Shown here: piece after piece, positions 48,727-62,500 of the stretch
Position numbering within the stretch: the stretch's first letter is position 1
Layout of the letters: every line of letters begins with the position of its first letter
Origin: Squalus acanthias
Taxonomy: Eukaryota
Assembly: GCA_030390025.1 (NCBI GenBank)
Contig: JASTWF010000033.1
Coordinates: 3,288,001-3,352,000, forward strand
Reading direction: 5' to 3'
DNA length: 64,000 bases
The notes under the pieces: generated by a model
The model's input: only the letters and a program-made list of their open reading frames with translations
Databases searched by the model: none
What the model was told of the DNA's origin: nothing
Translations under genes and position numbers: made by a program

Positions 48727-49360
48727 ACAGGGGCAAAGAGATGGTATGAGAATGGAATGGCAGCCAGCATAAAAGGTAATCCAAAAGCCTTCTACAGGCA
48801 TTTAAATAGAAAAAGGGTAGTAAGAGGAGGGGTGGGGCCGAATGGGACCAAAATGGAGACCTGCGCATGGAGGCAGAGGGCATGGCTGAGCTACTAAATG
48901 AGTACTTTGCATCTGCCTGCACCAAGGAAGAGGATGCTGCCACAGACATAGTGAAGGAGGAGGTAGTGGAGACACTTGATAGTATAATAATTGATAAAGA
49001 AGAGGAATTAGTTAGGCTGGCTGTGCTTAAAGTAGATAAATCACCAGGAGCGGATGGGATGCATCCTAGGAAACTGAGGGAAGTAAATGTGGAAATTGCG
49101 GAACAACTGGCCATAATATTCCAATCCTCCATAGATACGGGGATGGTGCCAGAGGACTGGAGAATTGGAAATGTTAAAGCATTGTTCAAAAAAGGGTTAA
49201 AAGATAAACTCAGCAACTACAGGCCAGTCAGGTTAACCTCGGTATATGGAAGCTTTTAAAAACAGCAATCAGGGTCAAAATTTACAGTCACTTGGATAGG
49301 TGCGGATTAATTAAAGAAAGCCAGGAGGGGTTTGTGAAAGGCTAATCGTGCTTAACCATC
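48727..49360 (+). mobile_element. CR1-type LINE ORF2 middle fragment
   Basis: AELLNEYFAS, KSPGADGMHPR, PEDWRIGNV and NYRPVRLTS. Confidence 0.9.
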
Positions 49361-49429
49361 GTGTTTTTCGCTGCCGAACGGCCTACACCTGCTCCTGTTT
49401 CTTTTGTAGTGATGTTAAGATAGGGTCCC

Positions 49430-50980
49430 ACTTGAGAAATCTTAAAAGAAGTGGCTTGTGAGATAGTTGATGCGTTAGTTATAATTTTCCAAAATTCCCT
49501 AGATTCGGGGAAGGTTCCATTAGATTGGAAAATAGCGAACGTAACTCCTTTATTCAAAAAGGGAGGGAGACAGAAAGCAGGAAACTACAGTCCAGTTAGC
49601 TTAACATCTGTCATAGGGAAGATGTTAGAAGCTATTATTAAAGACGTTATAGCAGGGCACTTAGAAAAGTTCAAAGTAATCAGGCAGACTCAACATGGTT
49701 TTGTGCAAGGGAAATCATGTTTTACCAATTTATTGGAGTTCTTTGAGGGAGTAACATATGCTGTGCAGAAATGGGAATCGGTGTATGTACTGTTCTTAGA
49801 TTTCCAGAAGGCATTTCATAAGGTGCCACATCAAAGGTTATTGCGGAAAATAAAAGTTCATGGTGTAGGGGGTAACATATTGGCATGGATAGAAGATTGG
49901 CTAGCTAACAGGATACAGAGAGTAGGCATAAATGGGTCATTTTCTGATTGGCAAAATGTTACAAGTGGTGTGCCACAGGAATCAGTGCTGGGGTCTCAAC
50001 TTTTTACAATTTATATAAATGACTTGGATGAAGGGACCGAAGGTTGGGTTGCTAAATTTGCTGATGACAAAAAGATTGGTAGGAAAGTAAATTGTGAAGA
50101 GGACATAAGGAGGCTACAAAGGGATATTGATAGGTTAAGTGAGTGGGCAATGAACTGGCAAATGGAGTATAACATGGGAAAATGTGAAGTTGTCCATTTT
50201 GGCAGGAACAATAAAAAAGAAGCATATTGTCTAAATTGTGAGAGATTGCAGAGCTCTGAAATGCAGAGGGATCTGGGTGTCCTAGTGCATGAATCGTAAA
50301 AGGTTACTATGCAAGTACAGCAAGTAATTAGGAAATCTAATAAAATGTTCTCGTTTATTGCGAGGGGAATTGAATACAAAAGTAGGGAGGTTATGCTTCA
50401 GTTATACAGGGCACTGGTAAGACCACATTTGGAGTACTGTGTACAGTATTGGTCTCCTTATTTAAGGAAGGATGTAAATGCATTGGAAGCAGTTCAGAGA
50501 AGGTTTACTAGACTAATACCTGGAATGGGCGGGTTGTCTTATGAGGAAAGGTTGGACAGGCTAGGTATGTATCCGCTTGAGTTTAGAAGAGAAAGAGGTG
50601 CCTTGATGGAAACATATAAAAACCTAAGGGGTCTGGACAAGGTGGATGTGGAGAGGATGATTCCTCTTGTGGGAGAATATAGAACTAGGGGTCACAGATT
50701 AAAAATAATGGGTCGCCCAGTTAAGGCAGAGATGAGGAGAATTTTTTTTCTCAGAGGGTCGTGAGTCTTTGGAACTCTCTTCCTCAGAGGGCGGTGGAAG
50801 CAGAGTCTTTGAATATTTTTTTAAGGCAGAGGTAGATAGATTCTTCGTAAGCAAGAGGGTGAAAAGTTATCGGGGGTAGGCGGGAATGTGGAGTAATCGG
50901 ATCAGCCATGATCTTATTGAATGGCGGAGCAGGCTCGAAGGGCCGAGTGGCCGACTCCTGGTCCTAATACGTATGTTCGT
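49430..50980 (+). mobile_element. CR1-type LINE RT plus 3' end, relatively young
   Basis: 282-aa RT ORF (LDFQKAF, GVPQESVLG, FADD), one stop, a 151-aa C-terminal ORF and a 3' tail. Confidence 0.95.
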
Positions 50981-51129
50981 AATGACCATACTTGGCACAA
51001 TAACAACAAGTGGGTCAGGTTATACATATCAGTCAGATGGAACACCTGTGAGGTAAAAAGTTGTGTTTGATTCTTACGTTATATTTGCTTCAATTATTTC
51101 CTTTTTAATCTAGTTTTAAACAGGAACAA

Positions 51130-52655
51130 CCATAGAGTCATAGAGTCATAGAGTTATACAGCACAGAAAGAGGCCCTTCGGCCCATCGTGTCTGCGCCGG
51201 CCATCAAGCCCTGTCTATTCTAATCCCATTTTCCAGCACTTGGTCCGTAGCCTTGTATGCTATGGCGTTTCAAGTGCTCATCTAAATGCTTCTGGAATGT
51301 GAGGGTTCCTGCCTCTACCACACTTTCAGGCAGTGAGTTCCAGATTCCAACCACCCTCTGGGTGAAAAATGTTTTCCTCAAATCCCCTCTAAACGTCCTG
51401 CCCCTTACCTTGAAACTATGCCCCCTGGATATTGACCCCTCTACTAAGGGGAAAAGTTAATTTCTATCTACCCTATATTTGCCCCTCATAATTTTGTACA
51501 CCTCAATCAGGACCCCCTCAGGCTTCGCTGCTCCAAGGAAAACAACCCCAGCCTGTCCAGTCTCCCTTCATAGCTGAAACGCTCCAGCCCAGGTAACAAC
51601 CTCGTGAATCTTCTCTGCACCCTCTCCAATGCAATCACATCCTTCCTATAGTGTGGCGAACAGAACTGCACACAGTATTCCAGCTGTGGCCTAACTAGCA
51701 TTTTGTACAGCTCCATCATAACCTTCCTGCTCTTATATTCTATGCCTTGGCTAATGAAGGCAAGTATCCCATATGCCTTCTTAACCACCTTATCTACCTG
51801 TCCTGCTGCCTTCAGGGATCTATGTACATGCACACCAAGGTCCCTCTGATACCCTGTCCTTCCTAGGGTCCTACCATTCATTGTGTATTCCCTTGCCTTG
51901 TTAGTCCTCCCAAAATGCCCTCACACTTTTCAGGGTTAATTTCCATTTGCCACTGTTCTGCCCATCTGACCAACCCGTCTATATCGTCCTGAGACTAAGG
52001 CTTCCCTCCTCGCTATTAACCACTCTACTAATTTTCGTGTCATCTGCGAACTTACTGATCATATCTCCTACATTCATAACTAAATCATTAATGCACTCTA
52101 CAAACAGCAACGGACCCAGCACCGATCCCTTCGGTACACCACTGGACACAGGCTTCCAGTCACAAAAACAACCTTTGACCATTACCTTCTGCCTCCTGCC
52201 ACTAAGCCAATGTTGGATCCAATGTGCCAAATTGCCCTGGATCCCATGGGCTCTTACCTTCTTGACCAGTCTCCCATGCGGGACTTAGTCAAAAGCCTTA
52301 CTGAAGTCCATGTAGACTACATCAACTGCACTACTCTCATCCACGCACCTAGTCACCCCCTCGAAAAATTCAATCAAATTGGTTAGACATGATCTCCCCC
52401 TGACAAAGCCATGCTGACTATTCTTGATTAATCCTTGCCTCTCCAAGTGGAGACTAATTCGGTCCCTCAGATTTTTTTCCAATTATTTCCCTACCACTGA
52501 CGTTGGGCTCACTGGCATGTAATTCCCTGGTTTATCCCTACTACCATTCTTGAATAATGGTACTACGTTAGCTGTCCTCCAGTCCTCTGGCACCTCCCCT
52601 GTGGCCAGAGAGGTTCTGAAAATGTATCTCAGAGCCCCTGCAATTTTCTCCCTTG
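51130..52655 (-). mobile_element. CR1-type LINE RT plus 3' end
   Basis: YMDFSKAFD, GVPKGSVLGP, FADDTK and LVRPQLEYC; tail (catagagt)n. Confidence 0.95.
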
Positions 52656-53274
52656 CCAGAATAACGTCATCTCCTACACAAAGCCATGGGAAAATTACAA
52701 ATTGATTTGGTAACTTTTCTTGCATTGCATAGGAGTACATAGGATTACATAGGATATACAGCACATAAACAGGCCATTCGGCCCAACCAGTCCATGCCGG
52801 CGTTTATGCTCCACAAGAGCCTCCTCCCGTCTTTCCACATCTAACTCTATCAGCATAACCCACTATTCCCTTCTCCTTCATATGAATATCAACCAGCTCT
52901 CCCGCAACCGGTGCGGTCTCCCTTCGAGCCTTTCGGTGCCATGTCTGTGAGGAAGCTTTCTGATTGTCCCGAAGCCGGTATTAGGTTTATCTTCCTGATC
53001 TGCAGTAACGAGAATCTTTCACTTGGCTCCGATCAGTTAAATTCACCGGTAACATCAGAGTAAATATCGCATTGTCTTAAACCAGGGAAATGTGCCTTGA
53101 TCGCCTCTGGTCAGTCGGGCAGTTCAGCTCTTCATTCTCCTTTCCATTCCGTTTCCAAAAGCGTTTCTAAAGATTCACAAAACTGTTCACTGTATTTTCT
53201 TGTTTTGTTCTTTTCGATTTTTCCGGTCCCAACTGGCAATATTTTCCAAATTTCGTCGCAATCCTCCGCCTTAC

Positions 53275-53735
53275 ATCATTTCCAGGGATGAGGGACTTCA
53301 CTGATGTGGAGAGGCTGGAGTAGCTGGGATTGTTCTCCTAATGGCAGAGAAGGTTAACGGGAGATTTAATAGAGGTGTTCACCATTATGGGCCGGGTGGG
53401 GGCGTTGATGGAGCAGACAGGGAGAAACTGTTTCCACTGGCAGGAGGGTCGATTACCAGAGGTCACAGATTGAAGATAATCGGTAATACAATAAGCCAGG
53501 GAGGAGGCGAGGCGATTTTTTTTAACGCAGCGTGTTGTTATGAGCTGGAATCCACTCCTTGAATGATCGGTGGAAGCTGATTCAATAGTATCTTTCAAAA
53601 GGGAATGTAAAAAGTAAAACATTGCAGGGCTAAGGGAAGAGCACTAGAGTGGGACTAATTGGAAAGCTCTTTCAAAGAGCCGGCAAAGGCAGGATGGGCC
53701 GAAAGGCCTCCTTTAGTGCTGTGTGATTCCATGTC
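53275..53735 (+). mobile_element. CR1-type LINE 3' fragment
   Basis: DREKLFPLAGGSITRGHRLKI followed by a CR1 3' UTR. Confidence 0.8.
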
Positions 53736-53939
53736 CCATCCTTGACAGCAGCCCCTACCTGCGGGAAGCGTTTCCCCACCTCTCCCGTGTGTGAGCTGTA
53801 AAATGTAGTGGAGGAGAAGGATTGTGAACTTTTAGTGTGGAACACAAGTGATGTTGTTTAAGTTGAACCAACACATTCCCGATCTGCACAGAAGAAGTTC
53901 ACTGGTCAGTTCCCCTCTGTTGCAGTTACAGTACCAGCG

Positions 53940-54012
53940 GTTTCCGTGGTGTAGTGGTTATCACGTTCGCTTTACACGCGTAAGGTCTCCGGTTTGATCC
54001 TGGGTGGGTTCA
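53940..54012 (+). pseudogene. tRNA-Val(UAC-reading) variant or pseudogene
   Basis: gtttccgtggtgtagtggttatcacgttcgctttacacgcg with a decayed 3' acceptor. A more degraded Val copy lies at ~54504-54576. Confidence 0.8.
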
Positions 54013-54971
54013 TTTTGTTTTAACTTGTTGTGGATGAACATCTCGAGGCGAGTTTATTCTCCTGTCAAAAGGGCTACAGTGGCTGCTCCCTTATTCTTTT
54101 ATTGCTCTTTATTTCACTTCACTATATAGATAACTTTGAGTGAGAGAACACTGATCAACAGTGACGCCCATTTCATCTTTTGATCGCTTTGGGAATCTTC
54201 GAATCCCTCCCCGGTAAAGTTCAGAAATGTAATTCATTAATCTGCACGGTGGCCGTCAGTAAGAAGCCTTTTCTGTCTGGATCCGGGAGCGGAGCTGGTT
54301 TGAGGCTGAAGATTGCCGCTACTGTCGATAGATTTTTGTTGGTTAAGGGTATTAAGGATATTACTGAACCTAAGCAGGTAGATGGAGTTAACCCACAGAT
54401 CAGCCCGTGATCTAAATGAATGGCGGAACAGGCTCGAGGGGCTGAATGGCCTCCTCCTCTTCCTATTGAGTCGCTGCAATGCAATGCACCCGAGTGCTGG
54501 ATGGTCTCCGGTGTGTTGTGGTTATCGCAGTCCGCTAACACACGACAACTCAACGGTTCGAAAGTGGGTAGATGCAACCTGATGGCTTTTCTCCATTCAA
54601 GTTCAGTAAATATGAAAACTGGAATCAATTACATGTTTGGTTAATTATGAATAAAATACGCATTGAAAGGCGAATTATGCCACTCAAATGGCATGGTTAC
54701 ATTGAGCGAAGTAATTCTCAATGATATTTCCCATATAGGACACAGTTTTGGTTGCGTACTATAAGGTTTTTTGGGGAAAGTTGGCGCTGATTTAGGGAAT
54801 CTCATCCTCGCGTGTCGTTACTGAGGATGTGGACTTATTTTATTTAAAAATTGAGGCTCGGAACCTCTCATTGAGAATGTGGGAGCAGAACAGCACAGGT
54901 TAATAGGACAACACAGGGTCAGCGATAGGATTCAAATTGCAGTTTCAATCGGTCTGTATGGCTATCTTTTT

Positions 54972-55060
54972 AATAAGTTGGTCTCGGGTTGTGATTCTCG
55001 CTTCGGGGTTGTTGGTTAAATTTTGCCGGAAGTTCCCGGATTCAAATCCCGGAGGTGCCC
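54972..55060 (+). pseudogene. tRNA-Pro(CGG) pseudogene with a 16-nt insert after position 37
   Basis: gttggtct...tgattctcgcttcggg[gttgttggttaaattt]tgccgg...cccggattcaaatcccgga...gccc. Confidence 0.7.
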
Positions 55061-55337
55061 GCGTTTTGAAATTGCAGTTGAAACTTTTGCAAGAAAGACT
55101 TGTCTTTCTGCAGCGCCTTTCACCCACTCAGGACGTCACAGCTGTTTCTCGTCGAAATTGATCCCAACGAGAGTGATGTGATTCGGCGAGGGAAATCACG
55201 GAGCTTTTCTGTAGGTTACTCACTTTGGAATGAAATATGTTCCAATATATTCGATTGGGGAAATGTTAGTGAAAGAGCGCCAGTGGATAGAGAGAGAGAG
55301 AATCAACAATTCAATCTCGCCTTTGACACGTTCTTTC

Positions 55338-55409
55338 CTGTTTGTGGTGTAATGGTGAGCGCTCTGGACCCTGAATCCAACGCTCTGAGTTCAAATCTCG
55401 GTGGAACTT
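55338..55409 (+). pseudogene. tRNA-Gln(CUG) pseudogene
   Basis: tggtgtaatggtgagcgctctggaccctgaatcca...gagttcaaatctcggtggaac; the 5' acceptor is decayed. Confidence 0.8.
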
Positions 55410-55715
55410 GTTTTGTGTCAATCTCTGTGATTCCCATGGAAATGGCGACACTTTTTAACATCTGCAGACATATCAATTCTAGTAAATAACATTCCACAAG
55501 CCTCCAATCCTGAGCTGCTGCTGCAATCCATGTTACTGGAGCTCTGAGTCCAGCTCCTGCCACAATGACAGAATGCTGTTCTTGGCGGAGATTGTTGAAA
55601 CGATGCGTCTCTTTGTGTCAGACCACAAGTCTCACTGAACAGGAGTTAAGAAAGATTCCAGTGACTGTGAATGGGAGGAGAGCTGGAGAAAACAGAGTTG
55701 GCTCAGAGGAGCGCA

Positions 55716-55787
55716 CGTGGAATGGTGTAATGGTGAGCACTCTGGACTTTGAATGCAGTAATCTGACTTTAAATCTCGGTGGAACCT
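55716..55787 (+). pseudogene. tRNA-Gln(UUG) pseudogene
   Basis: atggtgtaatggtgagcactctggactttgaat...; B box mutated. Confidence 0.8.
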
Positions 55788-56119
55788 GAATTCTTGTCCC
55801 GGCTGTTGGAAAATTTGGAAAAAAAAATGAAAAGTCTCCTGGAAACCGATCGCTGCTCTGGGCCGTTTGCTGCCTTCATCAATGAGGATCGATCTCCTTG
55901 TCTAGATGTCCAATCACAAGCTCAGCCTGTATTTCCCTGTTCCAAATCAGCGGAAGTGAAAGTTGTTTGTTGTCCAATGCAGCGTCTGTCTGCACAACAT
56001 CATGGTGTTTGCTGAACTTCTCTTTGTAATCTGCATTCAGAAGTCAGACTTGTAGAGTTTCAAAGCATTGCTTCTTGAAATGCAGACATTGCATGTACTG
56101 TGCTCTCGCACTAGTGCAA

Positions 56120-56492
56120 ATCCCTCCAATGCCTCGCCCCTTTCTATCTCTGTAATCTCCTCCAGCCCTACAACTCCCCGCAATATCTGCGCTCCTCCAA
56201 TTCAGGGCTCTTAACAGCCCTGACTTTAATCGCTCCACCATGGGTGGTCGTGCCTTCAGCTGCCGAGGACCTCAGCTCTGGAATTCCCTCCCTGAACCTC
56301 TGTGCCTCTCTATCTCTCTTTCCTCTTTTAGCGCGCTCCTTAAAACCTACCTCTGTGACCAACTTTCGATCATCTGTGCTAATAATTCCTTTCGCGGCTA
56401 GGTGTCACAATTTAGTTCAGAACCCTCCTGCGAAGCGCCTTGGGACGGTCTACGCCGGTAAAGGCGCTATATAGATGCAAGTTTTTGTTGTT
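56120..56492 (+). mobile_element. L2-type LINE 3' end
   Basis: Reverse-complement similarity to 16710-17070; tail aaggcgctatatagatgcaagtttttgttg. Confidence 0.7.
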
Positions 56493-56549
56493 TATGACAA
56501 AAGAGGCAGGTTTCTTTCAAATATTTGCTCTCAATAAGATGTCAGTGTC

Positions 56550-56620
56550 GGTTCCATGGTGTAATGGTGAACACTGTGGACTTTGAATCCAACGACCTGA
56601 TTTAAATCTCAGTAGGATCT
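56550..56620 (+). pseudogene. tRNA-Gln(UUG) pseudogene
   Basis: ggttccatggtgtaatggtgaacactgtggactttgaatcc; T arm decayed. Confidence 0.8.
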
Positions 56621-57142
56621 GATTTGTGTCAATCTCTGTGTTTTACATGTAAATGCAGACACTTGTTAAAATCTGCGGACAGATCGATTCTAGACTACAA
56701 CATTCCACAAACCCCCAGTCGCCTGAGCTGCTGCTTCAATCCATGTTACTGGAGCTCTCAGTCCAGCTCCTGGCACAATGACAGATTTTGCTCTTGACTG
56801 AGATAGTTCACTTTTCAGTTGAAACGATTCATCTCTTTGCAACAGACAACAAGTGCCATTGAACTGGAGTCAGAAAAGATTCCAAATGCAAAATACTGCG
56901 GATGCTGGAAATCTAAAAACCCTCCAGAAAATACTGGAAAATCTCAGCAGGTCAGGCAGCATCTGTGGAGAGAGAAACCGAGTTAACGTTTCAGGTGAAT
57001 GACCCTTTGTCACAACTCTGTTGGTCTCTCCACAGATGCTGCCTGACCTGTTGAGTATTTCCAGCACTGGCAGAAACGATTCCACTGGCTGTGAATGGTA
57101 GCAGAGATTGAGAAATCAGAGTTGTCTCAAGCAGCGGGTGTG

Positions 57143-57214
57143 TGTTCCATGGTGTAATGGTGATCACTCTGGAATTTGAATCCAGTGATCTGATTTTAAA
57201 TCTCGGTGGAACCT
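57143..57214 (+). pseudogene. tRNA-Gln(UUG) pseudogene
   Basis: gttccatggtgtaatggtgatcactctggaatttgaatccag...ctcggtggaacct; B box mutated. Confidence 0.8.
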
Positions 57215-58059
57215 GATTTCTTCTTGTCCCAGCTGTTGGAAAATTTAGAACAAAGAAGTAAAAGGCACCTGAGCCAATCGCTGCTCTGGGCAGTTTGCTG
57301 CCTGAATCAATGCGGATTGAGCTCCTTGTCTACCTGTCAAATCATAATTTTCCTGTTCCAAATCAGCGGAAGAGAAAGTTTGTTGTTCAATGCAGCGTTT
57401 GACTGCTCAACAGAATGCTGTTTGATGAAATGTTCATTTCCATCTGCATTCAGCTGGTAGACATGAAGAACCTCAAAGCAGTGCTTCCTGAAATGCAGAC
57501 AATGCAGGTATTGTGTTCTCGCCCTCGAGCAAACTTTACATTGTATTTTGCAGCTTTGTGCATCAGTGCCTTGCAATGCTTATACACTTTCCATCTGATA
57601 AGACTGTAATACAAGCTGTGCTGTGCAGTGTGAAACAGAAGTAGCGACTTCAGAACCGATAGCCTTGACGACAGCTGTGTGATTAGCTCAGCATCGACAC
57701 TTAGCAGAGGGGAAAGTGTTGAATCTGTAGCTATGGATGAGGAAAGGCCGAGCCCAAGTGGAATAAAGGAGATAACCTTGCCCACTATTTGCAATTTTGC
57801 AAGTAGCCTTGAGGGGGCAGCAATGTATCGCCATTGAGTGCTGGTCCCCGCCACAAACTCCGTTCCCTGGCCACCGACTCCATCAATATCCCTGGCCACT
57901 GTCTGAGGCTGAACCAGTCTGTTCGCGACCTTGGTGTCGTATTTCACCCACCTGGCACAGTGGGATTTAAACTCACGGCCCCGGAACATTAGTCCAGGTC
58001 TCTGGATTACTGGTCGAGTAACAGAACCACTGTGACGCCATAGCACGTCATTAATCGTT

Positions 58060-60610
58060 AAACATAGAAACATAGAAAACATAGTAAAATAGGAGCAGGA
58101 GTAGGCCATTCGGCCCTTCGAGCCTGCTCCGCCATTCAATATAATCATGGCTGATCCTCTATCTCAATACCATATTCGTGCTCTCTCACCATACCCCGTG
58201 ATACCTTTTGTGTCTAGAAATTTATCTCCTTCTTAAATATATTCTGGTGAACCTTCGCTGCACTCCCTCTATGGCAAGTATGTCGTTTGTTAGGTAAGGT
58301 GACCAAAACTGCACACTGTACTCCAGGTATGGTCTTACCAAGGCCCTGTATAACTGTAGTAAGACATCCTTGCTCCTGTACTCAAATCATTTGCAATGAA
58401 GGCCAACATATCATTTGCCTTCCTAACTGCTTGCTGCATGTTTGCTTTCAGTGAATGGTGTACAAGGACACCCATGTCCTTGTGTGCATCAACATTTCCC
58501 AATCTATCACCATTTAAATAATACTCTGCCTTTCTGGTTTTCCTACCCAACTGGATAACTTCACAGTTATCCACGATATACTGCATCTGCCATGTATTTG
58601 CCCACTCACTCAACTTGACTAAATCGCCATGAAGCCTCTTTGCATCCTCCTCACAACTCACAATCCCACCTAGTTTCGTGTCATCTGCAAACTTGGAAAT
58701 ATTACATTTGGTTCCCTTATCCAATCATTGATATATATTGTGAATAGCTGGGGCCCAAACACTGATCCCTGTGGTACCCCACTAGTCACTGCCTGCCACC
58801 CCGAAAAAGACCCATTTATTCCTACTCTCTGTTTCCTGTCTGTTAACCAATTTTCAATCCATGCCAGTATATTACTCCCAATCCCATGTGCTTTAATTTT
58901 ACACACTAACCTCTTATGTGGGACTTTATTAAAGGCCTTCTGAAAACCCAAATACACATATCCACTGGTTCTTCCTTATCTATTCTAACAGTTACATCCT
59001 CAAAAAATTCCAGTAGGTTTGTCAAAAACAATTTCCCTTTCATAAATCCATGTTGACTTTGTCTAATCCCGTTGATATTTTCTAAGTGTCCGGTTATCAC
59101 ATCCTTTATAATAGACTCTAGCATGTTCCCTACTACTAATGTTAGGCTAACCGGTCTGTAGTTCCCTGTTGTCTTTCTCCCCCCTTTTTTAAATAGTGAG
59201 GTTACATTTGCCACCCTCCAATCTTCAGGATCTGTTCCATAATCTATAGAATTTTGGAAGATGAAAACCAAGGCATCCACTATTCCCATGACTACCTCTT
59301 TTAGTACTCTGGGATGCAGATTATCAGGCCCTGCCGATTTATCGGCTTTAGTTACATTAATTTCTCCAAAACTAATTTTTTTCTAATACTAATTTCCTTT
59401 AATTCCTCCTTCTCACTAGACCTTTGGTTCCCTAGCATTTCTGAAAAGTTATGTGTGTCCTCTTTCTTGAAGACAGAACCAAAGTATTTGTTTAATTGCT
59501 CTCCATTTCCTTGTTCCCCATTATAAATTCTCCTGTTTCTGACTGTAAGGGACCAACATTTGTCTTCACTAATCTTTTTCTTTTTAGATGCTTGTAGAAG
59601 CCTTTGCAGTCCACTTTTATGTTCCTTCTTAATCAATCTCGTGGTCCTTTTTTGCTGAACTCTAAACTGCTCCAAATCCTCAGGCTTGCTACTTTTTCAG
59701 GCAACCTCTTTGGATCTAATACTATCCTTAATTTCTTTTGTTAGCCATGGTTGGGCCGCTTTTCCTTTTGTTTTTTTGCGCCAGAAAGGAATGTATAACG
59801 GTTGCAATTCATGCATTCGTTCCTTAAATGTTAGCCATTGCCTATCCACCATCATGCATTTTAATGAAGCTCCCCAATCTATCATAGCAAACTCACTCTT
59901 CATACCTTCGTAGTTTCCTTTGTTTAGTTTAAGAATCCTAGTTGCGGATTGGACTTCTTCACTTTCCATCTTAATGAAGAATTCTATCATGTTAAGGTCA
60001 CTCTTCCCTAAAGGACCCTGCACAACAAGTTTATTAATTATTCGCTTCGCATTCCACAATACCCAATCTAGGATAGCCTGTTCCCTATTTGGCTCCTCAA
60101 CGTACGGGTCCAAAAAAAACATCTCGTACACACTCCAGGAACTCATCCTCCACAGTATTATTGCTAATTTGGTTTGGCCAGTCTATAAGCAGATTAAACT
60201 CACCCATGATTACTGTCGTACTCTTGTTACATGCATCTCTAATTTCCTGTTTGATGCCATCCCCAACATTACCACTACTGTTTGGAGGCATATAGACAAC
60301 TCCCACCGATGTTTTCTGTCCTTGGTGCTGCTTAGGTCCACCTAGACTGATACTGCATCTTGATTTTCTGAGCCAATATCCTTTCTCAGTATTGCACTGA
60401 TTTCATCCTTTACTAACAACGCCACCCCACCTCCTTTTCCTTTATGCCTGTCCTTCCTAAATATCGAATATCCTTGGATATTCAGCTTCCAGCCTCGGTC
60501 ACCCTGCAGCCATGTCTCCGTAATCGCAATTATATTGTATCCGTTTACATATATTTGCGCTGTTAATTCGTTTACCTTATTAGGAATGTTTCTTGCATTC
60601 AGATACAGTT
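58060..60610 (-). mobile_element. CR1-type LINE ORF2 (endonuclease plus RT), frameshifted, with a 3' internal deletion
   Basis: GVVYMPPNS, IMGEFN, EPNREQAILDWVL, NYRPVSLT, GVPQGSVFGP and FADDTKLG; tail (aaacatag)n. Confidence 0.95.
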
Positions 60611-61447
60611 AATGAGCAGCACAGAGTCTGAAGCTGGAAATGTAAGTTAGAACAGTGAATTCAATACCAAATCAGGCATTGAAAGCGAAATAAAGAGAGG
60701 AAAAGAAAGATTGGATCAAGAGAGAGAAAAAACAAACAGAATAAAGTAAAAATATTTTAATTATTTTAAAAATCTAATACAATTGAATTCTGAATGAATG
60801 AGACTCCACATGTATATAGGTTAATTTTCGGTGCCAGAGAGGTTATTTGGCAGTAATTAAGACTTATTAAGACCGTTGAAAAGGGGCCTTAGACTGAAAT
60901 GGACGGGGTTGCTGCGGTGTGTGAAATATGGTGACGATCTCGGGTTATTATCCGAGGCGACGCTGCAGGATCCTTTAAAGGTCTCCCGCGGATCCACTGA
61001 AACCAGTCGAAAGTGCAGCTTTGAGAGGAGCTTTCTGCACCGTCAGGGCAGGAAACGGGAGTGAGGGAGAGATACCTTCGGTATCTGTGCTGAGTTTGAG
61101 TCTGTGCAGAATTGTACAAAGAAAATATACGGATTCTGTGAGAAAGGTCATTTTACTCATAGAGTCATAACTGCAAAGAAGGAGGCCATTCGGCTCATCG
61201 AGTCCGCGCCGACTCTCTGTAGAGCACTCCAGTCAGTCCCAGTCACCCGCTCTGTCCCAGTAGCCCTGCAAGTTTATTTCCCTCAAGTGCCTGTCCAATC
61301 TCCCCTTGAAAACATTGAGCGTCTCTGCTTCCACCACTTCCCTTGGCACCGAGTACCAGGTCATCACCACTCGCTGCGTATTTAACCGCAACAGGAATTC
61401 TTCAATTTTTCATATTTATTCAATTTTAATGGGGAAGGTTTTCAAAA

Positions 61448-61521
61448 TGTTTCCACTCGGTTTCGAACCGTGGACTTTTCGCGTGTGAAGACAAACATGA
61501 TGACCACTACACTGCGGAAAC
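61448..61521 (-). pseudogene. tRNA-Val(CAC) pseudogene
   Basis: Paralogue of 38393-38465 within a duplicated flank; anticodon arm disrupted. Confidence 0.8.
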
Positions 61522-61778
61522 TCTGCCCCGGCAATGGTTGCAAGAGCATCACAGAAGAGAACCGCAGTCTACAAATGCAGGTCCGCGATTATCATTTGTA
61601 TTAATACACTTTATTATCTTAATTTGACAAAACTCATTAAACTCTGTAAAATGATGAACAATTGTTCTAATTGATGAATCAACTTTCTGTTTCAGTCTGA
61701 AGGAAATCCTAATATGGTCACCGAGTGATAACACCAGAGCTTGTGGGTTCGATTCCCATACGGAACCATCATACTTAA

Positions 61779-62500
61779 TGGGCCGGATATTCCGATTGCT
61801 AGGGGTGTGTACGCGTTGTGGACACACCCGCGGGGACATCGGAAATGCCGGTTTCAGGCATGCGAAGCCCATGCGCTGAAAACCGGCATTTCCGTTCTGT
61901 CAAGAATGCTCTTGACAGATCGGATGCCTTCCCTGGAGAAGGGCCTCTGTGGGCGGATAGTTCCGCTTTCTGGAGAATCTCTGCCCTTAAAAATTTTACA
62001 CCTGGTAAAAGCAGGCGTAAGATTTGAAAAAAGTTAAAAACTTTTTTTCACTCATTTATCATTTAAAAATACTTCAAAAAAGGTAACTTTATTTTTAGCC
62101 CCATAATAATCTTTAATTATTTTTTTCAAAAGATTACATTTTTGTTTAAAATTTTTAATTTATTGTAATTTCAACTAATTTTTAAAATGTGGTTAAAAAT
62201 ATATATTTAATATTTTAAAGTGTTTTTGGGGTGATCTCCATTCATATATTTGACAGGTCTGTCTGTCAAGTGTATGAAGGGAGATTCTATTCTTTGATTG
62301 GCTCCACATGACCTACGTGATCCCAGGAACGCTTGCGAACCGCATGCGCCACTGGTATACGTGGGCCCTGCAGATTTCGAGTTGGAGAGGCCCAGGAGCG
62401 GAAGTGCCCGGGCCTCGGGAGCCCTCAGGTAAGTCAGTAGATTTTCTCCAGATCGGAGGCCTCCGCACGCGGGAAGCGTCCGATCGGAAAATACGGCCCA
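61779..62500. mobile_element. Non-autonomous Harbinger-like MITE (722 bp) with TAA target-site duplication
   Basis: TIRs tgggccggatattccgat and atcggaaaatacggccca (16/18), with taa on both sides and an AT-rich core. Confidence 0.8.

Noticed and set aside
57450..58148. 232-aa minus-strand ORF
   Set aside because: It is a chance fusion of a CR1 tail, other repeat scraps and tRNA flank.
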